Below, one piece after another: positions 10,821 through 19,744 of a DNA stretch of 64,000 nt. Below the pieces are notes generated by a model. It was given only the letters and a program-made list of their open reading frames with translations, was not told where the DNA came from and searched no databases. A program made the translations under genes and the position numbers. The DNA is from Chloroflexota bacterium (GTDB taxonomy: Bacteria; Chloroflexota; Ktedonobacteria; Ktedonobacterales; JADMIN01), in contig JAJPKE010000005.1 of assembly GCA_021323855.1 (NCBI GenBank), forward strand, positions 45,935 to 109,934, read 5' to 3'. Position 1 is the stretch's first letter. The number at the start of each line of letters is the position of its first letter.

Positions 10821-10952
10821 GAAAGGTCGCGGCGGAGGGCAGCGGGTTCGTCCGGGCAAACGCGGGTCGGCGGATGAATCCGCGCCTATGGGCGTGCCGC
10901 CACAAAGGCCGCCTGCGTGGCCTGGGGATCAGCAGCCTTTCCACCTGCGCCC

Positions 10953-11008
10953 AGCCTGCGGAGGCAGGCTTCGCGGCTGAAAGCCATCCAGGTGCGGTTT
11001 CAACCGCC
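10953..11008 (-). repeat. Intergenic repeat, family B (reverse orientation)
   Basis: This is the reverse complement of the ggcggtt(a/g)aaaccgcgcctgg..gccgcgaagtccgc..gcggact element also seen at 15626 and 45641. Confidence 0.7.
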
Positions 11009-11030
11009 GGCGCTCGGTTAAGACAGACAA

Positions 11031-11276
11031 TTACGTGCTATCCGATGCTTGGGAATGCTGCTGGCGATAGGCTGCGGCGCAGGAGGGGCAGACGCGCAGT
11101 TCTTTGGCGATTTCCCAGCCGTCGCCGGGATGTGGCTTCCAATTGTCGGGAGATTTGCCGCGCCGTTTTGGCGGCTTATCGGGGATAGGATAGTGACGGG
11201 GGCGTGTTTCAACGACAATCAGCGTTGCCGGCGTGTGTGGAGGGACAACCGTGTGACATCTTTCGCAACGATACAT
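11031..11276 (-). CDS. Small zinc-ribbon-like hypothetical protein
   Basis: 81 aa from ATG 11276 (alternative start 11315). Two CxxC pairs: MYRCERC...VCPSC. Confidence 0.4.
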   Translation of the reverse strand: MYRCERCHTVVPPHTPATLIVVETRPRHYPIPDKPPKRRGKSPDNWKPHPGDGWEIAKELRVCPSCAAAYRQQHSQASDST

Positions 11277-11439
11277 GCTCCTACTCTTCGGCCATTGCTT
11301 CCCCACGGCGGCCATCTCCGTGGGACTATGCTAAAACGCAACGATTGAGTATGAGCAATCTACCATTAGCGGCTGGCGTTTGTCAAATGAGAGATGGTAT
11401 GCTGCTCATGAGTAGATGGTTTACAAAGGAGGAATACAG

Positions 11440-11658
11440 ATGGTAGATGAATTGCGTCAGGTATTCGAGCAGGCGCAACAGCGCCTTTCAGAGGAGGCTC
11501 AGCGCCACCTTGCTGCTCATATTGAGGCGTGGTTGGAAGAGCAAGAGTGGGATGCTATCGTCAATAGTCCAGAAGGTCAGGAGACGCTGGAACGGCTCGC
11601 CGCTGAAGCTCGCGCCGAAATTGCACGCGGTGATGTGGAAGAAGGTGGCTGGGAATAA
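11440..11658 (+). CDS. Putative antitoxin (helical, acidic)
   Basis: Start moved to ATG 11440 (AAGGAGG upstream). 72 aa. Its stop overlaps the toxin start (TAATG). Confidence 0.55.
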   Translation: MVDELRQVFEQAQQRLSEEAQRHLAAHIEAWLEEQEWDAIVNSPEGQETLERLAAEARAEIARGDVEEGGWE

Positions 11659-11933
11659 TGTTTCAGTCACGCCGCACCAAACGATTCAAGGCACTCTTTG
11701 ATGCGTTGCCTGAACGAGCGCAGCGTCAAGCGCGTGCGGACTACCAATTATTCAAGCTAAACCCGCGACATCCAGGTTTGCAGTTCAAGCAGATTGGCAA
11801 ACGTGATCCCTCAATCTATTCTGCCAGGGCAGGTGACCATTATCGAGCTATCGGTTTTCTGAATGGCGATACTGTTACATGGTTTTGGATAGGCACTCAC
11901 GAGGAATACAACAAGCTCTATCCTCATCTTTAA
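11658..11933 (+). CDS. ParE/RelE-superfamily type II toxin
   Basis: 91 aa. Pattern F..L....Q.......LF..NP.HPGL.FK.I......YSARAGDHYRAIGF..GDTVTWFWIGTHEEYNKL is typical of RelE/ParE-fold toxins. Confidence 0.65.
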   Translation: MFQSRRTKRFKALFDALPERAQRQARADYQLFKLNPRHPGLQFKQIGKRDPSIYSARAGDHYRAIGFLNGDTVTWFWIGTHEEYNKLYPHL

Positions 11934-12098
11934 TTCATCCTATTGCCGGGTGTTTGGCTCCTCGAATGATAAACCAACACCTACCCTCTTGACAGACATT
12001 GCCGTCAATGGTATTTTTTCCGTCAACCGCTTGAACAACTTTTGCTGTGGCGCTTGAGCCATCTGAACTGATGAGCAGGCAGTACAGGAGGGCGTAAC

Positions 12099-12698
12099 GT
12101 GGCGCGACCCGATACCTCCAACGAGCGGCGTGCGGAGATCATCGCCGCGACGATTGGCCTGCTCGCGCGCGACGGCCTCGCCCGCACGACCACGCGCAAG
12201 ATGGCCGAGGCCGCCGGCATGAATCAGGCGACGCTGCTCTATTACTTCGATGGCAAAGACGACCTGCTCTTCGCCGTGTTGCAAGAGATGATGCGCACCA
12301 CCCAGGAGATTGCGCGCTCGGCGGTGCAGGCGCATCACAGCCTGCGCGAGACCATCGCCGGTGGCTTGCGCGCCTTCTGGGAGCATGTGGAGTCTGCGCC
12401 GGAACTCGAAATAATGCAGTATGAACTGACGCTCTACGCGCTGCGCAATCCCGATGCGGCATGGCTGGCGAAGCAGCAATATCGCGGCTATTGCTCGGTG
12501 GTGGAGCAGCTTTTCTGCGATATCTTCACCGCCGCCGGCCAGCGTAGCCGCATTCCTTATGACGCTCTGGCGCGCTTCGTCGTTGGCGGACTCGACGGCA
12601 TGATCCTGCAATTTGTCAGCGACCGCGATAGCGAACGCGCGCATACCGACCTGGAACATCTCACAACCGCTGTGCTTGCTTTGGCTGGTGTTGAATAG
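12099..12698 (+). CDS. TetR-family transcriptional regulator
   Basis: 199 aa, GTG start. N-terminal HTH RTTTRKMAEAAGMNQATLLYYF. Confidence 0.85.
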   Translation: MARPDTSNERRAEIIAATIGLLARDGLARTTTRKMAEAAGMNQATLLYYFDGKDDLLFAVLQEMMRTTQEIARSAVQAHHSLRETIAGGLRAFWEHVESAPELEIMQYELTLYALRNPDAAWLAKQQYRGYCSVVEQLFCDIFTAAGQRSRIPYDALARFVVGGLDGMILQFVSDRDSERAHTDLEHLTTAVLALAGVE

Positions 12699-12757
12699 TT
12701 GAGCTAGTTTCGCGCTGAATAGCCGGTGGCATCGTCGCCACCAGCGAGGAGGGCAGC

Positions 12758-14077
12758 ATGTTGGATCAGGGAAACGCGTCTGCAACATCCACGAGCGGCG
12801 CGCAGGCGGATACGGCTCATCCTGCGTCAGCGCCCGCTGCGCAACAAGAGCAACCGCAGCGGCAGATGCAGGCGCCGCATACGCCAGACTACACCTATTA
12901 CAAGCGTGTCTTCGCTGGACGCACAATGCCGTTCGCCTACCTCGACCTGGATCTGCTGGATGAGAACATCCGCCAGGTTGCCGCACGCGCCAGGGGCAAA
13001 CGGGTGCGGCTCGCGTCTAAGTCGCTGCGCAGCGTGGCTGTGCTGCGGCGCATCCTCGCCGCCGATTCGTGCTTTCAGGGCATCATGTGCTTCACCGCGC
13101 GCGAGGCCGTCTATCTCGCTTCGCTTGGCTTCCGTGACCTGCTGATCGGCTATCCCACCTGGCACGCTGACGATATCGCCGCCATCGCGCAGGCTACGGC
13201 AAATGGCGCGGAGATTACGCTGATGCTCGATAGCGTCGCCCATGTGCAGCAGATCGAGACGGTCGCCAGCCGCTATGAGGTGAGGCTGCCGGTCTGCCTG
13301 GATATTGACATGTCGTTGCCGCTGCCGGGTCTGCATTTCGGTGTCTGGCGCTCGCCGCTGCGCACGGCGGCGCAGGCGCGGCCCGTCCTCGATGCTATCG
13401 CCGCTGCGCCACATGTGCGGCTGGATGGCATCATGGGCTATGAGGCACAGATTGCCGGTGTTGGCGACCATTATCCCGGCAAGGCGCTCAAAAATACACT
13501 GGTGCGCGCGTTGCAGCGCCGCTCCGCCCGCGAGGTCGCCCGTCGCCGCGCGGAGATCGTCGCGCAGGCGCAGTCCATGCAGCCGGAGGGCCAGCCGCTG
13601 CGTTTCGTCAATGGCGGCGGCACCGGCAGCATCGCCACCACGCGCGAAGAAACCGCTGTGACGGAGATTACCGTTGGCTCAGCGTTCTATGGTCCGGCGC
13701 TCTTCGACAATTACCGCAGCTTCCGCTATCGTCCCGCCGCTGGCTTCGCCATTGAGATCGTGCGGCAGGCGGCGCCCGCTATCTACACCTGCCTCGGTGG
13801 CGGCTATGTCGCCTCCGGCGCGGCTGGCGCGGATAAGTTGCCGCAGCCGTATCTGCCAGCGGGCGCGCGGCTTGACTCACTGGAAGCCGCAGGCGAGGTG
13901 CAGACGCCGATCAAGTATAGCGGCTCAACTCAGTTGCATCTTGGCGATCCTATCTTCATGCGCCATAGCAAAGCCGGAGAACTCTGCGAACGCTTCACTC
14001 ATCTCCTGCTGGTGCAAAACGGCGCAGTGGTGGATGAAGTGACGACCTATCGCGGCGATGGCCAGTGCTTCCTGTGA
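12758..14077 (+). CDS. PLP-dependent alanine-racemase-N-fold enzyme (amino acid deaminase/aldolase, D-serine deaminase-like)
   Basis: 439 aa. YLDLDLLDENIRQV...RLASKSLRS contains a candidate PLP lysine. Confidence 0.65.
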   Translation: MLDQGNASATSTSGAQADTAHPASAPAAQQEQPQRQMQAPHTPDYTYYKRVFAGRTMPFAYLDLDLLDENIRQVAARARGKRVRLASKSLRSVAVLRRILAADSCFQGIMCFTAREAVYLASLGFRDLLIGYPTWHADDIAAIAQATANGAEITLMLDSVAHVQQIETVASRYEVRLPVCLDIDMSLPLPGLHFGVWRSPLRTAAQARPVLDAIAAAPHVRLDGIMGYEAQIAGVGDHYPGKALKNTLVRALQRRSAREVARRRAEIVAQAQSMQPEGQPLRFVNGGGTGSIATTREETAVTEITVGSAFYGPALFDNYRSFRYRPAAGFAIEIVRQAAPAIYTCLGGGYVASGAAGADKLPQPYLPAGARLDSLEAAGEVQTPIKYSGSTQLHLGDPIFMRHSKAGELCERFTHLLLVQNGAVVDEVTTYRGDGQCFL

Positions 14078-14198
14078 TGAGCAACGCGACACTGAAGTGC
14101 GGGCGCACGGTAGCTGGCGGATGAATTCGCACCGGAGCGCCTGGCGGGCGACAAGAGCCACGCCTACGCGGGCTAGGAATAGGCGAATGGGCATCTCT

Positions 14199-14242
14199 GC
14201 GCTCCCCTCTCCCGCGCACGGGGGAGGGGCTGGGGGTGGGGG
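14199..14242 (+). repeat. GC-rich hairpin repeat, family A (G-rich tail last)
   Basis: gcgctCCCCTCTCCcgcgcacgGGGGAGGGGctgggggtggggg. Ends 2 nt before ATG 14245. Confidence 0.85.
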
Positions 14243-14244
14243 CT

Positions 14245-15615
14245 ATGAAAGAGAACAAGCGCATACAGTGGCAGAACTGGTCGGGATCGGTGCGCACGCG
14301 GCTGCGTGAGGTTGCCAGGCCACAGAGCATAGACGAGCTAGCCAGGCTGATCGGGCAGTGGGGACGTGATGGGCGACAGGTGCGCGTCGTCGGCTCCGGT
14401 CACTCGTTCATGCCGCTGGCGCAGACTGATGATATCCTGCTCTCGCTGGATGGCGTGCAGGGCATCGAGTCCATTGACGAGGCGGCGGGCACGGCTGACG
14501 TGCTGGGCGGCACCAAGCTCAAGCTGCTAGGCGACGAACTGCTGGCGCATGGGCTGGCGCAGGAAAATCTTGGCGATATTGACGTGCAATCCATCGCGGG
14601 GGCCATCAGCACCGGTACACACGGCACCGGCGTGCGCTTTGGCACGCTCTCCACACAGGTCGCCGGCCTTACGCTGGTAACTGCGTCGGGCGAGCTGGTG
14701 GAATGTTCGCCTGAGCAGAACCCTGATCTCTTCAAGGCAGCGCAGGTCTCGGTCGGCGCGCTGGGGGTGATTGCGAAGGTGAAGTTGCGCGTGGTGCCAG
14801 CGCAACGACACCGCTATCAGGTGCGCCGCGAACGCCTGGACGACTGCCTCGCCAACCTCGAACGCTATAAGCAGGAGAACAGCCACTTCGAGTTCTTCTG
14901 GCTGCCCTACACCAAATATGTGCAGGCGAAGTTCCTCAACGAGACCGAAGCGCCGGCCAGCAAGGGTACGCTCTGGGGCAACATCAATAAGATCGTGCTG
15001 GAGAACTGGGTCTACTGGCTGCTCTCGGAGACATGCCGGATCGTGCCGGGCGCGACCAAAACCGTCGCCCGCATCTCCGGCGAAGCCATCTCGCCGGTGG
15101 AGGAGGTGGACTACAGTCATCGCCTCTTTGCCACGCCGCGTATGGTGCGCTTCCAGGAGATGGAGTACAACATCCCAGCACAGCATTTCACCGCTGTGCT
15201 GGCGGAGATCAAGGCGTGCATCGAGCAGCGCCGCTTCAATGTGCATTTCCCCATCGAGTGCCGTTTCGTGCGCGGCGACGACATCTGGCTCAGCCCCGCC
15301 TATCAGCGTGACTCTGCCTATATCGCCGTGCATATGTATCGCGGCATGCCCTATCTCGACTATTTCCACGCCGTCGAAGATATCTTCAGGCGCTACGATG
15401 GGCGGCCACACTGGGGCAAGCTGAACACGCGCAGCGCCGCCGAGTTCGCCACGCTCTACCCGCATTGGGAAGATTTTCGCCGCATCCGCCGCAGCCTCGA
15501 TCCCGGCGGTCTCTTCCTGAACGACTATCTGCGCTCGATCTTCGAGCCAGGGGCGCTAGCCAGCCAACCAAATGACGCGGCGCAGGTGGCCGGCGGACGC
15601 GAGAGCGGCGCATGA
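14245..15615 (+). CDS. FAD-linked oxidase of the D-arabinono-1,4-lactone / L-gulonolactone oxidase family
   Basis: Start moved to ATG 14245. FAD-binding N-domain VRVVGSGHSF. C-terminal ALO-type region with GRPHWGK. Confidence 0.8.
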   Translation: MKENKRIQWQNWSGSVRTRLREVARPQSIDELARLIGQWGRDGRQVRVVGSGHSFMPLAQTDDILLSLDGVQGIESIDEAAGTADVLGGTKLKLLGDELLAHGLAQENLGDIDVQSIAGAISTGTHGTGVRFGTLSTQVAGLTLVTASGELVECSPEQNPDLFKAAQVSVGALGVIAKVKLRVVPAQRHRYQVRRERLDDCLANLERYKQENSHFEFFWLPYTKYVQAKFLNETEAPASKGTLWGNINKIVLENWVYWLLSETCRIVPGATKTVARISGEAISPVEEVDYSHRLFATPRMVRFQEMEYNIPAQHFTAVLAEIKACIEQRRFNVHFPIECRFVRGDDIWLSPAYQRDSAYIAVHMYRGMPYLDYFHAVEDIFRRYDGRPHWGKLNTRSAAEFATLYPHWEDFRRIRRSLDPGGLFLNDYLRSIFEPGALASQPNDAAQVAGGRESGA

Positions 15616-15625
15616 ACACATAGCT

Positions 15626-15684
15626 GGCGGTTAAAACCGCGCCTGGCTGGCTTTCAGCCGCGAAGTCCGCGTGCGCGGACTTGG
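15626..15684 (+). repeat. Intergenic repeat, family B
   Basis: ggcggttaaaaccgcgcctggctggctttcagccgcgaagtccgcgtgcgcggacttgg, with an internal hairpin AGTCCGCG..CGCGGACT. Confidence 0.7.
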
Positions 15685-15697
15685 AACCGGCACCTGT

Positions 15698-15737
15698 GCT
15701 CCCCTCTCCTGGTGGGAGAGGGGCCGGGGGTGAGGTT
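15698..15737 (+). repeat. GC-rich hairpin repeat, family A (G-rich tail last)
   Basis: gctCCCCTCTCCtggtgGGAGAGGGGccgggggtgaggt, followed by TTTTT. Confidence 0.85.
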
Positions 15738-15758
15738 TTTTAGTGAGGAGTAGCGTGT

Positions 15759-17216
15759 ATGTCTGAGGCGCCGTCGCCTATCACTGCAACCGATGCCAGC
15801 AACGCCGGTAACATTGGCAATGCCAGCAGCCCCATCGCTGGCACGCTCCGCAGTAATACGCTTGGCCTGCGCCACGCCATCGTGATCTCCGTCGCGGTGA
15901 TGTCGCCTGCCGCCTCCGTCTTCTTCAATACCATCATCATGGCAGGTCCGGCTGGCGCGGCGATTCCGTTCTGCTTCGCCGTAGGCTTTGTGGTGGCGCT
16001 GCTGGTTGCCAACCAGTATAGCGAACTCTCGCGTGAGATGCCGTCCAGCGGCTCCGCCTATACCTATGTCAGCGAGGGGTTAGGACCGCGTTGGGGCTTC
16101 CTCACCGGCTGGATTGGTCTGATCGCGGTGGCGCTCGGCGCGCCCTATACCTTCGTCTTTATGAGCGCTAACCTGCAAACACTGATGTCGCGCTGGTTCG
16201 GCGTCAATCTCCATTGGAGCTTCTACTTCGTCGCGGCCATCGGCATCGTCTTTGCCATGTGCTACCTCGGCGTGCGCCAGTCCATGACCGTAGACCTGGG
16301 ATTCCTAGCGTTCGAGATTGGCGTCTGTCTGGTGCTGGCGCTGATTGTGCTGCTGCATGTCGGCCAGCAGGGTGGCCTGACCCCAGCGCCCTTCACCCCA
16401 GGAGCAGCTCCGGCAAATGGTGATCTGGCGGTCGGCATCGTGCTGGGCGTCCTCAACTTCATCGGCTTCGAAACGGCGGCGACGCTGGGCGAGGAGACAC
16501 GCAACCCACGCCGCAACATCCCACGCGCCGTCTTCGGCTCGATGATCGTCGTCGGCATCTTCTATCTACTGATGGCCTATGTCGCCACAGTCGGCTACGG
16601 TCCCAGCCACATGGTGACGGGCTACGCCAATGATTCCGCGCCGTTCGATACGATCAGCCGGCGCTTCGGCGGCGCGACGCTGGCAGTGTTCATTGATCTC
16701 GTCGGCATTTTCGGCTTTTTCAGCGCGGCGCTGGCCATCGTCAACGGCGGCTCGCGCATCCTCTTCAGCGTGGGACGCGACGGGTTACTGCCGCGCTGGA
16801 TGGCGTGGACACATCCCAAGCGCCAGACGCCCGCCGGAGCCATCACCGCCCTCTGCATCATCGGCGTGGTCGTAGGCATTGGGCTTGGGCTGGCCTTCAC
16901 TCCCATCGGCGCCTTCTCGTTCCTGGGCACGCTCGATGCGCTCTTCATCCTGCTGATCTACATCCTGACCAATATCGCCTGTTTCCGCTATTTCTGGCGC
17001 AAACGCCGCCAGCAGTTCAGCTTCTGGCGACACGGCCTCTTTCCGGCGCTGGGCACGCTGATCTGCATCGGTATCGTGGCCGCCGCCGTCAGTTCGCCGG
17101 GGAATCCGCCGCTCAACTTTGTGCCGGTCGTCGTTGGCGTCTGGCTCATCCTCGGCGCGGCGCTCATCCTCGCGCTCCGCTCCAAGTTCGCGGCACCCAA
17201 CAAGGCTGAGGGATAG
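15759..17216 (+). CDS. APC-superfamily amino acid permease
   Basis: 485 aa, about 12 hydrophobic segments, with the composition and length of an amino acid/polyamine/organocation transporter. Confidence 0.8.
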   Translation: MSEAPSPITATDASNAGNIGNASSPIAGTLRSNTLGLRHAIVISVAVMSPAASVFFNTIIMAGPAGAAIPFCFAVGFVVALLVANQYSELSREMPSSGSAYTYVSEGLGPRWGFLTGWIGLIAVALGAPYTFVFMSANLQTLMSRWFGVNLHWSFYFVAAIGIVFAMCYLGVRQSMTVDLGFLAFEIGVCLVLALIVLLHVGQQGGLTPAPFTPGAAPANGDLAVGIVLGVLNFIGFETAATLGEETRNPRRNIPRAVFGSMIVVGIFYLLMAYVATVGYGPSHMVTGYANDSAPFDTISRRFGGATLAVFIDLVGIFGFFSAALAIVNGGSRILFSVGRDGLLPRWMAWTHPKRQTPAGAITALCIIGVVVGIGLGLAFTPIGAFSFLGTLDALFILLIYILTNIACFRYFWRKRRQQFSFWRHGLFPALGTLICIGIVAAAVSSPGNPPLNFVPVVVGVWLILGAALILALRSKFAAPNKAEG

Positions 17217-17231
17217 AGATGATCTGTGCAT

Positions 17232-17261
17232 AAAGGGAGCGGTCGTTTGACCGCTCCCTTT
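17232..17261. terminator. Bidirectional intrinsic terminator between convergent genes
   Basis: Perfect 13-bp stem AAAGGGAGCGGTC-gttt-GACCGCTCCCTTT. The A/T runs are built into both arms. Confidence 0.75.
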
Positions 17262-17284
17262 GTAGTTTGTCTGTGTTCTGTGAA

Positions 17285-18403
17285 CTATGCCAGTTCGCGC
17301 AGCCCCTGCGCGGCAGTTGCGCCACGCAGCTTCGCTAGCGCCACCATTTCAAGCTGGCGCACGCGCTCGCGCGAGATGCCCAACTCTTTGCCCACCTCCA
17401 GCAGCGTGCGGCTGCGGCCATCGCCGATGCCATAGCGCAGAATCACCACCGACTTCTCACGCTGCGTGAGCTGTGAGAGGGCGCGGTGCAATTCTTCGCC
17501 AAGCAGGTGCTGTGAGGCGATATCAGCCGGCGCTTGAATGCCGGAGTCTTCGAGGGTGTCGGAGAGGGACAGGCGATTATCGGTATCGGAGGGCGCGTCG
17601 AGCGAGACGGGCTGCTCGGTGACGTGCATCAGGTCGTCTACTTCTTCGAGTGGCATGCCGGAGGCGTCGGCAATCTGCTCTGGCAGCGGATCGCCGCCGT
17701 TCTCCTGCGAGAGTTGCGAGGCGATGCGGCGCACCTTGCGCAGGCGCGTGGCAACATGCTCCGGCAGGTGAATCAGCCGCGACTGCTCGCCAGCGGCGCG
17801 GCTGATGGCCTGGCGGATCCACCAGGTCGCATAGGTGCCGAAGTGGCAGCCACGATGCCAGTCGAACTTTTCAGCGGCGCGCATCAGGCCCAGGTTGCCC
17901 TCTTGAATCAGGTCAATCAGCGGCACACCGGAGTTAGTGTAGCGCCGCGCAATGGCGATCACCAACCGCAAATTGGCCTCCACCAGTCGCTTGCGGGCGC
18001 GGGCATCGCCGGCCTGTGAGCGTTTGGCGAGGATGATTTCTTCTTCATGCGAGAGCAGCGAGAGACCGCGAATATCGTGCAGATAGCTCTGGAAGGCGTC
18101 TTCGCTGCCATCAGCACCACCATAGTAGCCAGCCCCTTTGCCATAGAGGGCGTCTTCTTCAGCGGCGCTCAATTCGGCCAACTCTTCGTCGGTCGGTTCT
18201 ATATCATCGGAGTCGTCAGACTCGATGGTTTCAGACTCCAGCGGCTCTATGACAAGCTCGATGCTAGCGTCTGTTTCTACGCCTGATAGGTCTGATTGCG
18301 CGTCTGTGTAGGGTTCAGCTTCGGCAGGCTCGAACACTTGCCGCAAAAGCCGTTCGGCGGTGTGGTCGAGCATTTCTGGTCGTGTGGCAGCCATCTTCGC
18401 CAC
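17285..18403 (-). CDS. RNA polymerase sigma-70 factor (group 1/2, RpoD-like)
   Basis: 372 aa with an acidic N-terminus. Region 2: DLIQEGNLGLMRAAEKFD, YATWWIRQAI. Region 4 HTH: TLLEVGKELGISRERVRQLE. Confidence 0.9.
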   Translation of the reverse strand: MAKMAATRPEMLDHTAERLLRQVFEPAEAEPYTDAQSDLSGVETDASIELVIEPLESETIESDDSDDIEPTDEELAELSAAEEDALYGKGAGYYGGADGSEDAFQSYLHDIRGLSLLSHEEEIILAKRSQAGDARARKRLVEANLRLVIAIARRYTNSGVPLIDLIQEGNLGLMRAAEKFDWHRGCHFGTYATWWIRQAISRAAGEQSRLIHLPEHVATRLRKVRRIASQLSQENGGDPLPEQIADASGMPLEEVDDLMHVTEQPVSLDAPSDTDNRLSLSDTLEDSGIQAPADIASQHLLGEELHRALSQLTQREKSVVILRYGIGDGRSRTLLEVGKELGISRERVRQLEMVALAKLRGATAAQGLRELA

Positions 18404-18985
18404 TCCTCACTGCCAGGTCTCGCAGTGGACCCGGACTTTCAACACTGACTGGCGCTCATACGGGCACCAAACATACCCAGTATCGTCACCCGTGCATCTC
18501 TGCACAGCATTTGTCTAGTCTTGCCCTCAGTATACACACAGGACGGTGCGAACAGTATCAGGTATTCACCTGACTTTTTACGGGCAAAACCTTACTACAG
18601 GGACGGAAGTACGCGCTTTGCGCGCGTGTCGCCTACAGTATACTTCATTTTCGGAAATAATGTATTTCATGGTTCTGCACCTTTCATGCCAGCCATTACG
18701 CTGGACCTCGCAGAGAGGTGGGGTTGACCTTCTCAACAGATCTACGAACACCAGTTACTCCTGTTGCGTTTCACAAGCTGATTCGCAGTCACTATGCAAC
18801 GCCTTTGCATAGTGTTCTGCACATAGTTTTGTCACTGCTCGCCGGAGAGCGTCCTTACACGTACCCCCTCCGCACGGACTAGGCCAAAGCTGCGTGCAGC
18901 CGCTGTCACCGTTAGACTACCATCGCAAAACACACAGAATGAGGCATACCTCATCTTTCGCTCTGTATCCGACGACTGTAGCATT

Positions 18986-19495
18986 TCAGTCCTCCACGAC
19001 GAAGCCCAGGCGCTCATAGAGATGCTGCGCGGGCGCGTTGCCGTCCGTCACAAAGAGAATGAGATCAGCGTAGCCGTTCTCAGCCAGCGCCCGCACGCTG
19101 CGCCCGATCAACTCGGCAGCCATCCCCTGATTCTTCGCCGTGGGGTGCGTCATAGCAACGGCAAGCAACGGCGCTCCCTCCCACAGCGTAACGATGGTGG
19201 CAGAAAGCGCTCGCCCCTGTTCTTCGATCACAAATGAATTGCCTGGCAGGAAGGCGCCGTATTTCCCAGCCAGGAGGCTCTGCATCTCCGCAGTGACCAT
19301 CTCTGGCGTCTCACCCTCATCATCAACGGTGCCATGATAGGCGTCATACATCAGCGTCGCCAGCAGCGCGGTGTCTTCCGCCGTAACGGTGCGCGCTGGC
19401 CAGCGCGGTTCTCGCTGTTGTTGCTGTTGCTGATAATCGCTCAACGCCAGCTGCATCTTGAGGCGCTTAGCGCGTTCGTGCTGTTCGTCGGACAA
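18986..19495 (-). CDS. GNAT N-acetyltransferase
   Basis: 169 aa. GNAT core with KNQGMAAELIGRSV. Confidence 0.7.
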   Translation of the reverse strand: MSDEQHERAKRLKMQLALSDYQQQQQQREPRWPARTVTAEDTALLATLMYDAYHGTVDDEGETPEMVTAEMQSLLAGKYGAFLPGNSFVIEEQGRALSATIVTLWEGAPLLAVAMTHPTAKNQGMAAELIGRSVRALAENGYADLILFVTDGNAPAQHLYERLGFVVED

Positions 19496-19670
19496 CTGCC
19501 TCTACTCTTTTCTCGCGGATTGCTCTTGATGAGCAGGGGAAACACCCCGCTCTCATCAATACGACGCTTCGCCATCCATCGCTTTTTCTACGCTGTATGA
19601 GAATACTTCCTTGCCACTCGTTGCAACTCACATGCCTGTGACAGACTCGTTGATAGCACGATGGACAAAC

Positions 19671-19707
19671 AACCTGCTGTGCAGCTTTCGCCCTCGCACA
19701 GCAGGTT
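19671..19707 (-). terminator. Candidate intrinsic terminator of the dehydrogenase gene
   Basis: 12-bp stem AACCTGCTGTGC..GCACAGCAGGTT about 40 nt past the stop. On the minus strand it is followed by GUUUGU. Confidence 0.55.
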
Positions 19708-19744
19708 GCTCATCAGAACATGTTGCCGGTTGTCAGCGCGTCCG

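Noticed and set aside
10567-10980. Track ORFs that read through repeat elements, e.g. 10567..10980, 15654..15875, 45586..45816 and the 5' part of 22017..22823.
   Set aside because: Their sequences (PLSRKERGAQAKGRGGG, SPTRRGEHRC, APLPRGEGSAGAG) are translations of the family A/B intergenic repeats, not genes.
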